Assembly: GCF_018350175.1 (NCBI RefSeq)
Contig: NC_058368.1
Span: 116,686,001-116,750,000 of the forward strand
DNA length: 64,000 bases
Source: Felis catus
Lineage: Eukaryota
Reading direction: 5' to 3'
The notes beneath the pieces were generated by a model. The model searched no databases. It had not been told where the DNA came from and saw only the letters and a program-made list of their open reading frames with translations. Shown here in pieces: positions 26,806-38,672 of this stretch (within the stretch, counting starts at the first letter, position 1; each line of letters begins with the position of its first letter). The translations under genes were made by a program, and so were the position numbers.

Positions 26806-27504
26806 AAACCCCTTGAAATCTCTATTCAAGTTTAGGAACACGAGAAAAGACAATTGTGGCAGGAGTTTAAGCATGGCATTGCCTTCAGTGTTAATACTTC
26901 CCATGGCCAGTCTGTAACTCTCAGAGATTACAAATGATAAGTTAATGCGAAGTATTTAAACTTGTGTACAGAATTCCTTTCTTTTATATCTGCCTTCTCT
27001 TTCAGCCCTTTATAATATCATTTTATCCCCCTTGCAGAAAGGTCTTATACTAAGGTATCTGTTTATCTGAGCAATTAATGAAACACAGAATTGTGTGTTT
27101 ACCAATTTAGTCTTATTTATTTTACTTTGCTTTTGGGGGGGGGCATGTTTAAAACACAACTATGCACCAAAAATTTAACATAACTAATTAGCATTTTACC
27201 CAGCAACATAATAATTTTAAAGTCTTTGCAAGAGGTAGTGCAAATAGGAGAGGAAACAAGGTGGGATTTCAGGATAAGTTGGGAGATAGTAAAGACACAT
27301 TATGTTTTTAGTTTGACAATGTCTTCCTCTGTCTCTGTTTTAAGATAACTATTTCAAAAAACTTTATGGATGGTTTCTTTTCATTCTATTTAGAATTATT
27401 AAAAATTTTAGAATGAAATCAAAAAATTTTCCAAGTCACGAATTGCTTTTAACATACTTGTCAAAAAAGGAATATGTCAATTTCTTTTAAAGTTATAACA
27501 TCAA

Positions 27505-27728
27505 GGGGCGCCTGGGTGGCGCAGTCGGTTAAGCGTCCGACTTCAGCCAGGTCACGATCTCGCGGTCCCAGAGTTCGAGCCCCGCGTCAGGCTCTGGGCT
27601 GATGGCTCGGAGCCTGGAGCCTGTTTCCGATTCTGTGTCTCCCTCTCTCTCTGCCCCTCGCCCGTTCATGCTCTGTCTCTCTCTGTCCCAAAAATAAATA
27701 AACGTTGAAAAAAAAATTAAAAAAAAAT
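27505..27728 (+). mobile_element. Young felid CanSINE (SINEC_Fc-like)
   Basis: Near-identical to the copy at 4927. TSD taaagttataacatc. Confidence 0.92.
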
Positions 27729-28249
27729 AAAGTTATAACATCTTAATTTTATAATCATGTTTAATATATTCTTTATTGGATGGCATTAAACTCAGGCTAA
27801 TCATGAGTACTCTACAGCTCTTCAAGGCATAGTATTTGTTAGTCTGTGTCAAGATCAGTAACCAACCCATAGCTTTACTGGTATACCATAGTTATTTAGC
27901 TATATGAGATAGCCTTGGAATTTGGGGACTTGAAAAACGATCTTTAATGTGTACTTTATGTGTACTTAATTAATGAACCAATTCCTTAAGCCAAAAATGG
28001 AATGGACCTTCAGTATGGCATCATTCTCAAAGGGACTGGATTATTTAAATTAGCAAACGCAAGGGGATTTATTTCTTAGTCATGTTTTTTTCTGAATTTA
28101 GTCACACTCACCCCCCATGTGCTAAAATTTTTTGCTCTTCTTTAGGCGAATATGTTGGTCTTGAGTTTATGGCTTCCACAATTAAAAAATAATTAAAAGT
28201 AGTTATAACTATAAATCTTTTGCATAGATCTATAATAATCAAATCACTA

Positions 28250-28479
28250 TTTTATTTATTTTATTTTTCATTTTGTTTACATTCATTTATTTTTGAGAGA
28301 CAAAGAGAGACAGAGCACAAGTGGGGGTTGGGCAGAGAGAGGAGACACAGAATCCGAAGCAGGCTCCAGGCTCTAAGCTGTCAGCACAGAGCCCGACATG
28401 GGGCTTGAACTCACAAACCACGATATCATGACCTGAGCTGAAGTTGGACGCTCAACCGACTGAGCCACCCAGGCGCCCC
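28250..28479 (-). mobile_element. CanSINE
   Basis: Ends gagccacccaggcgcccc. TSD tcaaatcact. Confidence 0.88.
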
Positions 28480-29649
28480 TCAAATCACTGTTTTAAAAAG
28501 TGTTCCAAAATGAAGACTACAGCTCACTTTCACATAAAACCTAAGATTCCTTTGTGTAGCCATTTACAATATTTTTTTAGTAAGAAAGTTTGGGATTTTC
28601 CAGGTGGCTGCTATCTTATCAAAAGGATTTCAAATACTGGATATAGTTGGTTTCTTAACAGCCTTGAGAATGATTAAACTATTTTTCTCTTTTCCTACAA
28701 GACTGATAAGCTTATTGCAGTAGATAACAGTTCCTATGCAAATTTCAGTTTGGTTTTTGTATCTGAGATAAGAACAGGAAAATAAAATTGAGTGAATGAA
28801 TTAGATTTGGAATGCTTTATATACTCTAGTCTCCTTAAACCATTTTTGGAATAAAATGTGTGTAAACAATCAGACAAATATAGCTTGAATTCCTGATTCA
28901 GTGGTTGGGGGGTAGAAAGAAATTATTTTTCAAATAGTAGTGGATATAATGCAAATTTAAGTTGTTCTTCAGGATGGAAACTACAACATTCACCCTTAGC
29001 AGATACTATAATTGAAAAACAAAAGCTTTAAAATGAGGCAAAGATAAATATACTTTTTATTTCTAAGGGTCAGTACTTGGTAAATTCATTAACATCAAAT
29101 AAAATAAATCTTTGGGTAAACTGATAAATAGCTTGCATATCAGCATTGATTTGAAACACCATTATATTGAGGTGGTAACTTAGAGAACTTGCATCTTGAA
29201 TTATTCTGTGTACAACTGAACTAAATGTTTAGAATAATTTAACATAGTACAAGGATTAAGCAATAGAAATTAGTGTTAGCAATGGAGTAAACTTAATAAA
29301 AGTCCATTCCAAAGTAATCAATTTCTAGAAGTCTAAAAAACACGACACTAATAACCAAGAAATGTGGACTTTTCACGCTTATATACATGATAATTATACA
29401 TGATAATGTATAGTTAGTGCAGTAGTAGTACGTCCTCTTAGATGTCTATATCCAAGATAAAACTCTTCTTAGGATTCTAACTTGTAAAACAAAAACTACC
29501 TTTGTAGAGCTAGTGGTCATACACAAAGAATGTATAAGTAAAGAATTAAAAGCCTACAAAGTAAAACATGGACCAATATATGAAGGAATTTTGAGAGAAG
29601 CAGTATAGGTGAAAGAAATAGTATAAACACAAAGGCACTTCCATTTTGA

Positions 29650-29669
29650 GCCACAGGATGTCGTTGTTC
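29650..29669 (+). promoter_or_regulatory. CSE / pCBS of exon 5 (core CGTT instead of CGCT)
   Basis: gCCACAGGATGTCGTTGttc, 216 bp upstream of ATG 29878. Confidence 0.75.
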
Positions 29670-29877
29670 TCCAAGAAGAGGATTATTTTAACAGAAGAAA
29701 CTTACCATTATTCACGGACCAGAAAGAATCTCCACTGTTCCGGTGTTTTAAAGACTATACACACCCATGTTGTTAAGATCCAGTAGAGATCTCAGGAACA
29801 GACTCAAAAGAAAGATCTAAAAGGACTACACATTTCCTCTCATGAAACGTTGATTTACTAACCTGAAACAGAGCAGG

Positions 29878-32265
29878 ATGTTAGCTTCAGGATCAGGTGG
29901 CCAGGAAGTCAAGCGCTTGCTGCTCTCGGTTATGCTGCTTGCAGCGTCGGAGGCCGAGAGCGGCCAAGTTCATTACTCTGTCCCGGAGGAAGCCAAACAC
30001 GGCACCTTCGTGGGCCGCATCGCGCAGGACCTGGGGTTGGAGCTGGAAGAGCTGGTGCCGCGCTTTTTCCGAGTGGCGTCCAAAGGTCGCGGGGATCTTC
30101 TGGAGGTAAATCTGCAGAATGGCATTTTGTTTGTGAATGCTCGGATCGACCGCGAGGAGCTGTGTGGGCGGAGCGCGGAATGCAGCATCCACCTGGAGGT
30201 GATCGTGGACAGGCCGCTGCAGGTTTTCCATGTGGAGGTGGAGGTGAAGGACATTAACGACAACCCGCCAATGTTCCCAGCGACACAAAAAAAATTGTTT
30301 ATTTCTGAAACTAGGGCTCTCGACTCTCATTTTTCACTAGAGGGCGCGTATGATGCAGATATCGGGGCCAACGCTCTGCTGACTTACAAACTGAGCCCCA
30401 ACGAATATTTCTCTCTGGAAGTACCCACCAACGAGGAACAGGTAAAACCGCTCGAACTAGTACTAAAAAAATCTTTAGACAGGGAAGTCGCTTCAAAGCT
30501 TCTCTTGGTGCTCAAAGCAACTGATGGGGGCAAACCTGAGCTGACAGGTACCACAGAGTTACACATCACAGTGCTGGATGCAAATGACAACGCCCCAGTA
30601 TTTGACAAAGCAGTCCATCGTGTAAAATTACTGGAGAATTCGAGAAACGGTACTCTGGTTATTAGACTTAATGCCTCGGATTTGGATGAAGGTTCCAACA
30701 GTCACATTCTTTATTCATTTGCAACTGATGTCTCCTCTAATACAGAAGCCTCTTTTCACATAGATTCAGACAGTGGAGAAATAAAAGTAAACGGAAAAAT
30801 AGATTTTGAAGAAACTAAATTATGGAAACTTCAAATAGAAGCAGTTGACAAAGGAAATCCTCCGATGTTTGGTCACTGCACAATCTTGATAGAAGTCTTG
30901 GATATTAACGATAATGCTCCGGAGTTGCTAGTGACTTCACTATCGCTGTCTGTTCCAGAGGATGCTCCACTGGGGACTGTCATCGCCCTAATCAGTGTAA
31001 CTGACCGTGACGCTGGTGGCAACGGGCAAGTTACCTGCTCACTAACACCCCACGTCCCCTTCAAGCTGGTGTCCACCTTCAAGAACTACTATTCGCTGGT
31101 GCTGGACAGCGCCCTGGACCGCGAGAGCGTGGCGAACTATGCTCTAGTAGTGACAGCACGGGACGGGGGCTCGCCTTCGCTGTCGGCCACGGCCAGCGTG
31201 TCCGTGGAAGTGGCCGACGTGAACGACAACGCGCCGACATTCGCGCAGGCCGAGTACACGGTGTTCGTGAAGGAGAACAACCCTCCCGGCTGCCACATCT
31301 TCACGGTGTCCGCGCGGGACGCGGACGCGCAGGAGAACGCGCTGGTGTCCTACTCGCTGGTGGAGCGGCGGGTGGGCGAGCGTGCGCTGTCGAGCTACGT
31401 GTCGGTGCACGCGGAGAGCGGCAAGGTGTACGCGCTGCAGCCGCTGGACCACGAGGAGCTGGAGCTGCTGCAGTTCCAAGTGAGCGCGCGCGACGCGGGC
31501 GTGCCCCCGCTGGGCAGCAACGTGACGCTGCAGGTGTTCGTGCTGGACGAGAACGACAACGCGCCCGCGCTGCTGCCGCTGCCTGGGGCGGGCGGCGCGG
31601 GCGGCGCCGTGAGCGAGCTGGTGTGGCGGTCGGTGGGCGCGGGCCACGTGGTGGCGAAGGTGCGCGCGGTGGACGCGGACTCGGGCTACAACGCGTGGCT
31701 GTCGTACGAGCTGCAGCCGGCGGCGGGTGGCGCGCGCAGCCCGTTCCGCGTGGCGCTGTACACGGGCGAGATCAGCACGACGCGCAGCCTGGACGAGGCG
31801 GACTCGCCGCGCCAGCGCCTGCTGGTGCTGGTGAGGGACCACGGCGAGCCGGCGCTGACGGCCACGGCCACCGTGCTGCTGTCGCTGGTGGAGAGCGGCC
31901 AGGCGCCCAAGGCCTCGTCGCGGGTGTTGGCGGGCGCCGCTGGCGCGGAGACGGCGCTGGTGGATGTCAACGTGTACCTGATCATCGCCATCTGCGCGGT
32001 GTCCAGCCTGCTGGTGCTCACGCTGCTGCTGTACGTGGCGCTGCGGTGCTCGGCGCCGCCCAGCGAGGGCGCGTGCGGGCCGGGGAAGCCCACGCTGGTG
32101 TGTTCCAGCGCGGTGGGGAGCTGGTCGTACTCGCAGCAGAGGCGGCAGAGGGTGTGCTCTGGGGAGGGTCCGCCCAAGACCGACCTCATGGCCTTCAGCC
32201 CTTGTGTTCCTCCCGGTTCAAGTTCTGGAGATAGTGGAGAACAACGGGATATTTTCGGGAATGAT
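29878..32265 (+). CDS. Protocadherin alpha variable exon between the A10-like and A11-like exons; probable intact counterpart of human pseudogene PCDHA14
   Basis: Uninterrupted 796-codon frame, donor GAT|GTAAGT. EC3 ([22 protein letters not shown]) does not match any human functional alpha protein I recall. Assignment is by synteny. Confidence 0.85.
30334..30347 (+). promoter_or_regulatory. eCBS, exon 5
   Basis: TCACTAGAGGGCGC; the first C of the core is T (FSLEGAYD). Confidence 0.65.
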
Positions 32266-33014
32266 GTAAGTACAGTAATTCTGGAACATATTTTATGCCT
32301 TTTGATGTCAATTGCATAGTATGTTCAGCAATATTATTGTAAATTTATTACTTCATTTATTTGTTTCTGGTTTTTTTTCCCTTGGGGTGGTTTATTTTAA
32401 AGCACATTGGAAGTCCATCCGTTTTCATTACTTTTCACTAAAGTCTTTATGAACATGCCTGGAACATTATTTATTTGCCGGAAATAATGAGAGTGGTAGT
32501 AATTGCAATAACGAAACAGCTGGCTAACACTTTCTATAAATGAAGAAGGTTAAATCCTCCTGTAAGGAAAGCAAGGATCGCTCATGGGAAATGGAAGATA
32601 TGGGCAAAGCTTACATCTTCTAGTTTTCAACTTTGCAGCAAGTTCATTCTTCCTATTTATTTTCTTATTCTAATTGATGTCCTCCACTAATTATATTAAA
32701 TGTATTCAAAATTACCATAATAATGCATAACTTCATAATTTAGTTATTTTGAGTTTGAAATCTATTTAAATCCTTACTTCTCTATAAACTATACGCTTAT
32801 TACTAATGGGCATGGGCTGTTGAGGTGGCTTCCTTTTATAAATAATTTCGTTTCTTTATCATCAATGGCATACTTCTTTGAGATACTCGGTGAAGTTTCA
32901 GCCTTACCTTTGAAGAGGACTTTACTTTTTTGTCTTTAAGTCTCTCACAATTTCAAGCTTATTTTCTTCATAGTCTTCAGCTGCTTCAGATAAACTACAT
33001 TTTTTACGTAATTC

Positions 33015-33213
33015 TTTTTTTTTTATGTTTGTTTTTGAGAGAGCACAAGCAGGGCAGGGGCAAACAGAAAGTGACAGAGGATCCCAAGAGGGCTCTGTGT
33101 TGACATCAGTGAGCCTGATGTGGGGCTTGAACTTAACGAACTGAACACCAAATGGCAAGACCATGACTTGAACCAAAGTCAGTTGCTCAACCAACTGAGC
33201 CACCCAGGTGCCC
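33015..33213 (-). mobile_element. CanSINE
   Basis: T tail and gagccacccaggtgccc end. Confidence 0.85.
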
Positions 33214-33692
33214 TTTTCTTTACTTCTCAATATAATTTCAGTTTTGCTAATTGCCTGTTGAATCTATTGCTGCTGTCCTCCATATTAATTCATTGATTTC
33301 CATTTACTTTATTTGGAAGATTTATTTTATATTTGATCATATTTATGCTTCTTACATTCATGGGACTCATTATTTATGAGGCTGTATGGAAATTTTTTAG
33401 GGTAGGGTAGAAAAAAATCACACTCCTTTGTGTTTTGAGTTTAAGGGAGTGTTCCCGTAATGGGGAAAGGTGATACTGATTCATGTGTTCCCCAAGCCAC
33501 TTGGTCATTGAAATGACTTTGGTTTAAACAGCTTATGCATAACAACCATGGAATATACACAAAGGCACTTCTATTTGACAATGGTGTTGATCACATTTTG
33601 CAATTTAACATTGTATACTGTAGATACATTTGATGCAAACTTTTTTTTTGTCCAAAAGCTATATTTATGTGAATTGCTTAAAGAATCACAGA

Positions 33693-33850
33693 GGGGGTGC
33701 CTGGGTAGCTCCGTTGGATAAGCCTCTGACTCCATCTCACCTCAGGTCATGATCTGTCACTTCCTGAGTTTGAGCCCTGCATCAGGCTCTGCTCTGGCAT
33801 CGTGGAGCCTGCTTCAGATTCTGTCCCTCCCTCTCTCTCTCTGTCTCTCT
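33693..33850 (+). mobile_element. CanSINE, 3'-truncated
   Basis: gggggtgcctgggtagctc head through the (CT)n tract, no A tail. Confidence 0.8.
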
Positions 33851-35164
33851 GATGTAAAAGTTCATTATTATTATTTTTTTGCTCCAGTGTACAAGTTAGA
33901 GATCTTTTAACTATATTGTGTGAAAAATAAGTTATATATATTTATATATGGAGTAGAATGATGTTATGAATAGGGTGAAGTTAACAGAAATGGTGAGACA
34001 TCATTAGTGACCATTTTATACCCAGGAAAAAAAAGATGATTTCTATGAAGATGAACATTAGGAAATCTTCAGAAAAGGAAAAACCAGGGCCTAGTATATC
34101 ACACTGAAATTCTCTTCCTCCAAAGCTACAAAATAGAACAAGAACAAAGTCACTAGCTATAAATAAACCACTACTATTTGAACTATTTCAGTTTATTAGA
34201 CAATATGCAAAGACTTAAAATATATAATTTTATTTAATCTTTATAACAACTTGTAAAGTATGCGTGACTACCTGAATTTTAAAGATGAACTAAGCGATGG
34301 GAAGATATTTGTGTAGCTTGTCTACTGCCATTCAGCTAGCACATGATAAAGTTAAAACTCAAATGCATATCTTTTGATTCCAGAGCCATTCTTTTATTCA
34401 CCATAGAGCTTACTACAGTAAATCTTTTCTTTGATCAGGCATAGTTTTGGCTACGAAGGTCAAGCACAAACTGTTTACAAGTGAATCCTTCTTTCTGTTT
34501 TGCTTAAGAAAAAGCCTTCATGATTATTGTCATATTTAATTTTGTAGAATGTCATAATTGAGATCAGAATTGAGTTTTTTAATGTTAAGTGATTTTTTTC
34601 TCAGAAGAGTTTCTGATCACATTATCATGTCTTCATGCCACATTGGGATAGGTATTTATATTATTCAATCAGTAGATAATGAAGAATTGCCATTGTAAAG
34701 ACTATATATATATTTTTGGAAGTAATATAAATAAGAATTATTTAATATGTGAGAAAATCCATAAGATTCTGATCTGCACTGTTCTAGCAAAACACTAAAG
34801 CCAAATGACAAATATGAAAATGACCCTGCCCTTTTCATGCTATGAATAAGGATATTTTGGACAAATATAAGTGATAATATGATTATTTCCAGGATCCTGA
34901 ACATCCACAAAGGATTCAATAAGTGTTTCCAAAATGTCATACTTCAGTAACAGCTTTAAGGTGTATATTGCCCTGAAAATCTTTGAATGTGTGTAGGTTT
35001 TTCAGAATTCAGTCTTCTTCAGTCTTGTTATCTGTAAGATTTGTGCTCACTGGACAAATGATCTGTGATCAAATAACTGTGTATACTTTAATGAGCAATG
35101 ATAGCAAAGAGTGAACATCAATGAGTATATCCTATAATTTTGATAATACAATGTTGACTACTAC

Positions 35165-35396
35165 TTTTTTTTCTTTTTTTTTTTTAATTTTTTTTCAACG
35201 TTTATTTATTTTTGGGACAGAGAGAGACAGAGCATGAACGGGGGAGGGGCAGAGAGAGGGAGACACAGAATCGGAAACAGGCTCCAGGCTCTGAGCCATC
35301 AGCCCAGAGCCTGACGCGGGGCTCGAACTCCGGGACCGCGAGATCGTGACCTGGCTGAAGTCGGACACTTAACCGACTGCGCCACCCAGGCGCCCC
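35165..35396 (-). mobile_element. Young felid CanSINE (SINEC_Fc-like)
   Basis: Reverse complement of the 4927/27505 type. TSD gttgactactactt. Confidence 0.92.
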
Positions 35397-35854
35397 AGTT
35401 GACTACTACTTCTAATCCATTGATTTTTAAGAACCTCCTGGGTTTCTAAGTATGTTTCAAGATTAGTTTCTCTGTTTTATGTTTTCAATAATAATGTTAC
35501 CAGACTTGTTATGCTATATTAGTGGATTATGAAGACTAGAAGAACATTAAATCATGCACTCTAATATATGGCTAGCAGGACGTACAGTTGAAACTTAATA
35601 CTAATCAGATTGGTTTAGTAAAGGTCAGGCACAAAGTTCCTTTCAATCAATTTTACTGAATCAATGTTAAGAACAATATTGATATGAACTTCTTGACATT
35701 AGCTTATTGCCAGATCTTGAGCCCATCCCCAAAGATGAATTCAAAGATAGTATGATCTCTTTTATTTGAGCTAGTTGAGATGGTGATACCTGAAATATCA
35801 CAGCCAAAATGCAAAAGATGGGTCATTGGTTTATACAACACATCAACTCTTTTT

Positions 35855-36037
35855 AAAAAGTGTTTATTTTTAGAGAAGGAGAGCAAGTGGGGGGGGGGGG
35901 CAGAGAGAGAGAATCCCAAGTAGGCTCCGCACTGTCAGTGCAGAGCCTGACATGGGATGGGATTTTACAACCATGAGATCATGACCTGAGTTGAAATTAA
36001 GACTTGGCTGCTTAACTGATTGAGATACCCAGGCAGC
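35855..36037 (-). mobile_element. CanSINE
   Basis: gtttatttttagag...catgagatcatgacctgag...cccaggcagccc. Confidence 0.8.
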
Positions 36038-36744
36038 CCTATATCAAACTCTTTTGTGACTTGGTGTTCATCTTATATCCTTTCATATACTCAAAAAAAA
36101 CCCCACTACATATTACTGGAGAGTAATTGGTAAAATGACATCTGGTTTTAATTCAGACATGTAATATTATCTAGCTTGGGTAACCTTTCTGATGTTTATC
36201 TCTTTATCTACCTTTCAGGACTCCATATTGCATGTAACGTTGCAATCTCCAATTTCTGTAATGAAATGATTGGAGATCTCTTGCTTCCTTTTTCTCCAAA
36301 ATAAATCTAACATGTTTCAGATAGCATGTTAAATCTATTGTTAATGTAATCTAATGTTATATTTTGATTAGAGGCCCTTATAACTGATTGCTTCACACAT
36401 GCATAAGAAAATTCAGTGTTATAAAAAGTGAAGAGTCTGCTTTACTAATTTTTGATTTTTTGTCATTTTTTAAAATATGAAATTTATTGTCAAGTTGGTT
36501 TCCATACAACACTTGCTTTATTGGTTTGTTAAGAAGGAATTTTGCATTTACTAAGAGTTCTAACAGGATGATAATATCAGCCCTAGTGTATATATATGTG
36601 TGTGTGTGTTCAAGATAAAGAAAAATACTAACATACATATACATGTACTAGTAATTTTTGTATGCCATTTAAATATTTTTATTTATTATTTATTTATTAT
36701 TATTTTTTAGATGTGGGCCTGTTATATTGTAACATTTCAAAAGG

Positions 36745-36746
36745 TT

Positions 36747-36789
<43 letters not shown>

Positions 36790-36955
36790 TATAAGTATGA
36801 AATTTATTGTTAAATTGGTTTCCATACAACACCCAGTGCTCATACCAACAGGTGCCCTCTTCAATACCCATCTCCCACCCCCCATCAACCCTCAGTTTGT
36901 TTTCAGTTTTTAAGAATCTCTTGTGTTTTGGCTCCTTCCTTCTCTAACCTCTTTT
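36745..36955 (-). mobile_element. Short LINE-1 3'-end insertion with a (TTTA)n tail
   Basis: tatgaaatttattgttaaattggtttccatacaacacccagtgctc...ccatcaaccctcagtttg resembles felid L1 3' termini. A ~40-bp stub of the same sequence lies at ~36470-36511. Confidence 0.75.
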
Positions 36956-37001
36956 TAAATATTTTTAAATCAGAGATGAATCAGCAAAATCATACAACAA
37001 G

Positions 37002-37172
37002 TGGTGCCCGGGTTGCTCAGTCAGTTAAGCATCCAACTTTGGCTCAGGTCATGATCTCATAATTTGTGGGTTCACGCCTCATGTCAGGCTGTGTGCTAAC
37101 AGCTCAGAGCCTGGAGCTTGGTTCAGATTCTGTGTCACCCTCTCTCTCAAAAATAAATATTAAAAAAAATTA
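37002..37172 (+). mobile_element. CanSINE
   Basis: ggtgcccgggttgctcagtcagttaag head. TSD aaatc(a/c)tacaacaa. Confidence 0.85.
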
Positions 37173-37711
37173 AATCCTACAACAAAATACTCAAGCTATA
37201 ATGATCTTTATTCTAAATAACTTTCTACTTTAAACTTCCATTATATTCTCTTTTGACTCCTTTAATTCCAAGTCTATATGAAAAGACAGAACACATAACC
37301 AAATTACATCTTCATGCAATGAAAACTTGTATCAATAATTCCCATTTTCTACTTGGTGTTTTATGAAATTGAATTTACACAAACAGTAAAGTCATTTGTC
37401 ATTTGGTTGAATTGTTTGGTTATTTTCTCCATATATATTTAGCACAGTATTAGGTACTTACAGGAGTTAATTAGAAATTATTTCCCTTGTTATGGATGAA
37501 CTTATGATCCCAAACCCAGAATTGTTTCAACAAGGAACAGGTCAGCTATTTTCATGTATATATCTTGACAGATATACATAAACCAACGTTGGTGACTTGG
37601 AAATACCAATATGGCACACACATTTTCATGGTGGTTTTTATTTATTTCATTGAATTATAATAAAATTTATTTTATAATTGAAAGACACCTTCTATATCAT
37701 TAACATAAAGG

Positions 37712-37764
37712 TTTTGATACCTCACATTTTGATTCCTCACATAATTTTTGATACCTCACATAAT
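37712..37764. repeat. Short imperfect tandem repeat, 3 copies of ttttgatacctcaca(taat)
   Basis: Read directly from the sequence. Confidence 0.8.
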
Positions 37765-38452
37765 ACTGTTAACAATGAAACTTACCTGATAAACCATGTG
37801 TGTCAAATATAATTTCGTCTACATCCATAGACGTTTCCATTATGAATTCTGTTTTAAACATTACATTTGAAAAAATATTTTTGTTTTTCAAAGGATATAG
37901 GATTGTAACAAAAACAAATGTATATAACAAAAATAATTGGAATTAAATAGCTATGAATAGAAGGCAAGTGCACATAGGTAAGAACACAACATGCAGAACT
38001 TAAAGACTAAAGAGTTATTATTAAAATCTCAAAATGGTCTTTGAGTTTCCTAGCAGCCAAAGTAACAAGAGAGACAAGAAGTAAAGCAATTCAAATTGGA
38101 TAACATTTTGATATGAGAAGTAGTATCTTTAGGAAATGTTTAACCCTACCTTTTCATAAGGCTACCTGGAGAATTAAAGTCTGTGTGTATTTATGTAGAT
38201 AAGTAAAATAACAATTTTATAACTCTAAATCAAACATAGGAACAAAAGTTTCAATTTCAAATTAAGAATAAAATGCCATTTTCCACATACCATCGGTTTC
38301 AATATAACTTATAATACGAGTGTTCCCTAAATAAGCACTTTGGAAATATTATTTTGGGAGTAAAATAATATGAAAGGTGTGAAGTTTATTATATTTTTCT
38401 CTTTAAGTAAAATTCTATAATGTATGGTGTAGTGTACAGTACTCACTATTCA

Positions 38453-38472
38453 GGCGCAAGGTGTCGCTCTTT
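38453..38472 (+). promoter_or_regulatory. CSE / pCBS of exon 6
   Basis: gGCGCAAGGTGTCGCTCttt, CGCT at 38465, upstream module tacagtactc. Confidence 0.8.
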
Positions 38473-38672
38473 ACTTGGTGGAAGTAGTTCTTTCAAGGGT
38501 TGGTCTGACCGGCCAGGAACGCCCCGTACAAAAACGACTCCATCATGCCTAACGCTACTGTTAAAGGATTCTTTGAAACTTCTCAAAAATTCAGCTAGAT
38601 TTTTAACCCTTAACTGGAGTCTCTGGTACTGTAAGTGTGAGAACCTTATTTTGGAAGTCAATGTCGTATGCG

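Noticed and set aside
38637..38672. N-terminal extensions in the ORF track for exons 6 (38637), 8 (55823) and 2 (6274)
   Set aside because: Exons 6 and 8 use GTG/TTG starts from the ORF caller. In all three, the ATG just before the signal peptide aligns with the paralogues, and the extensions are not conserved.
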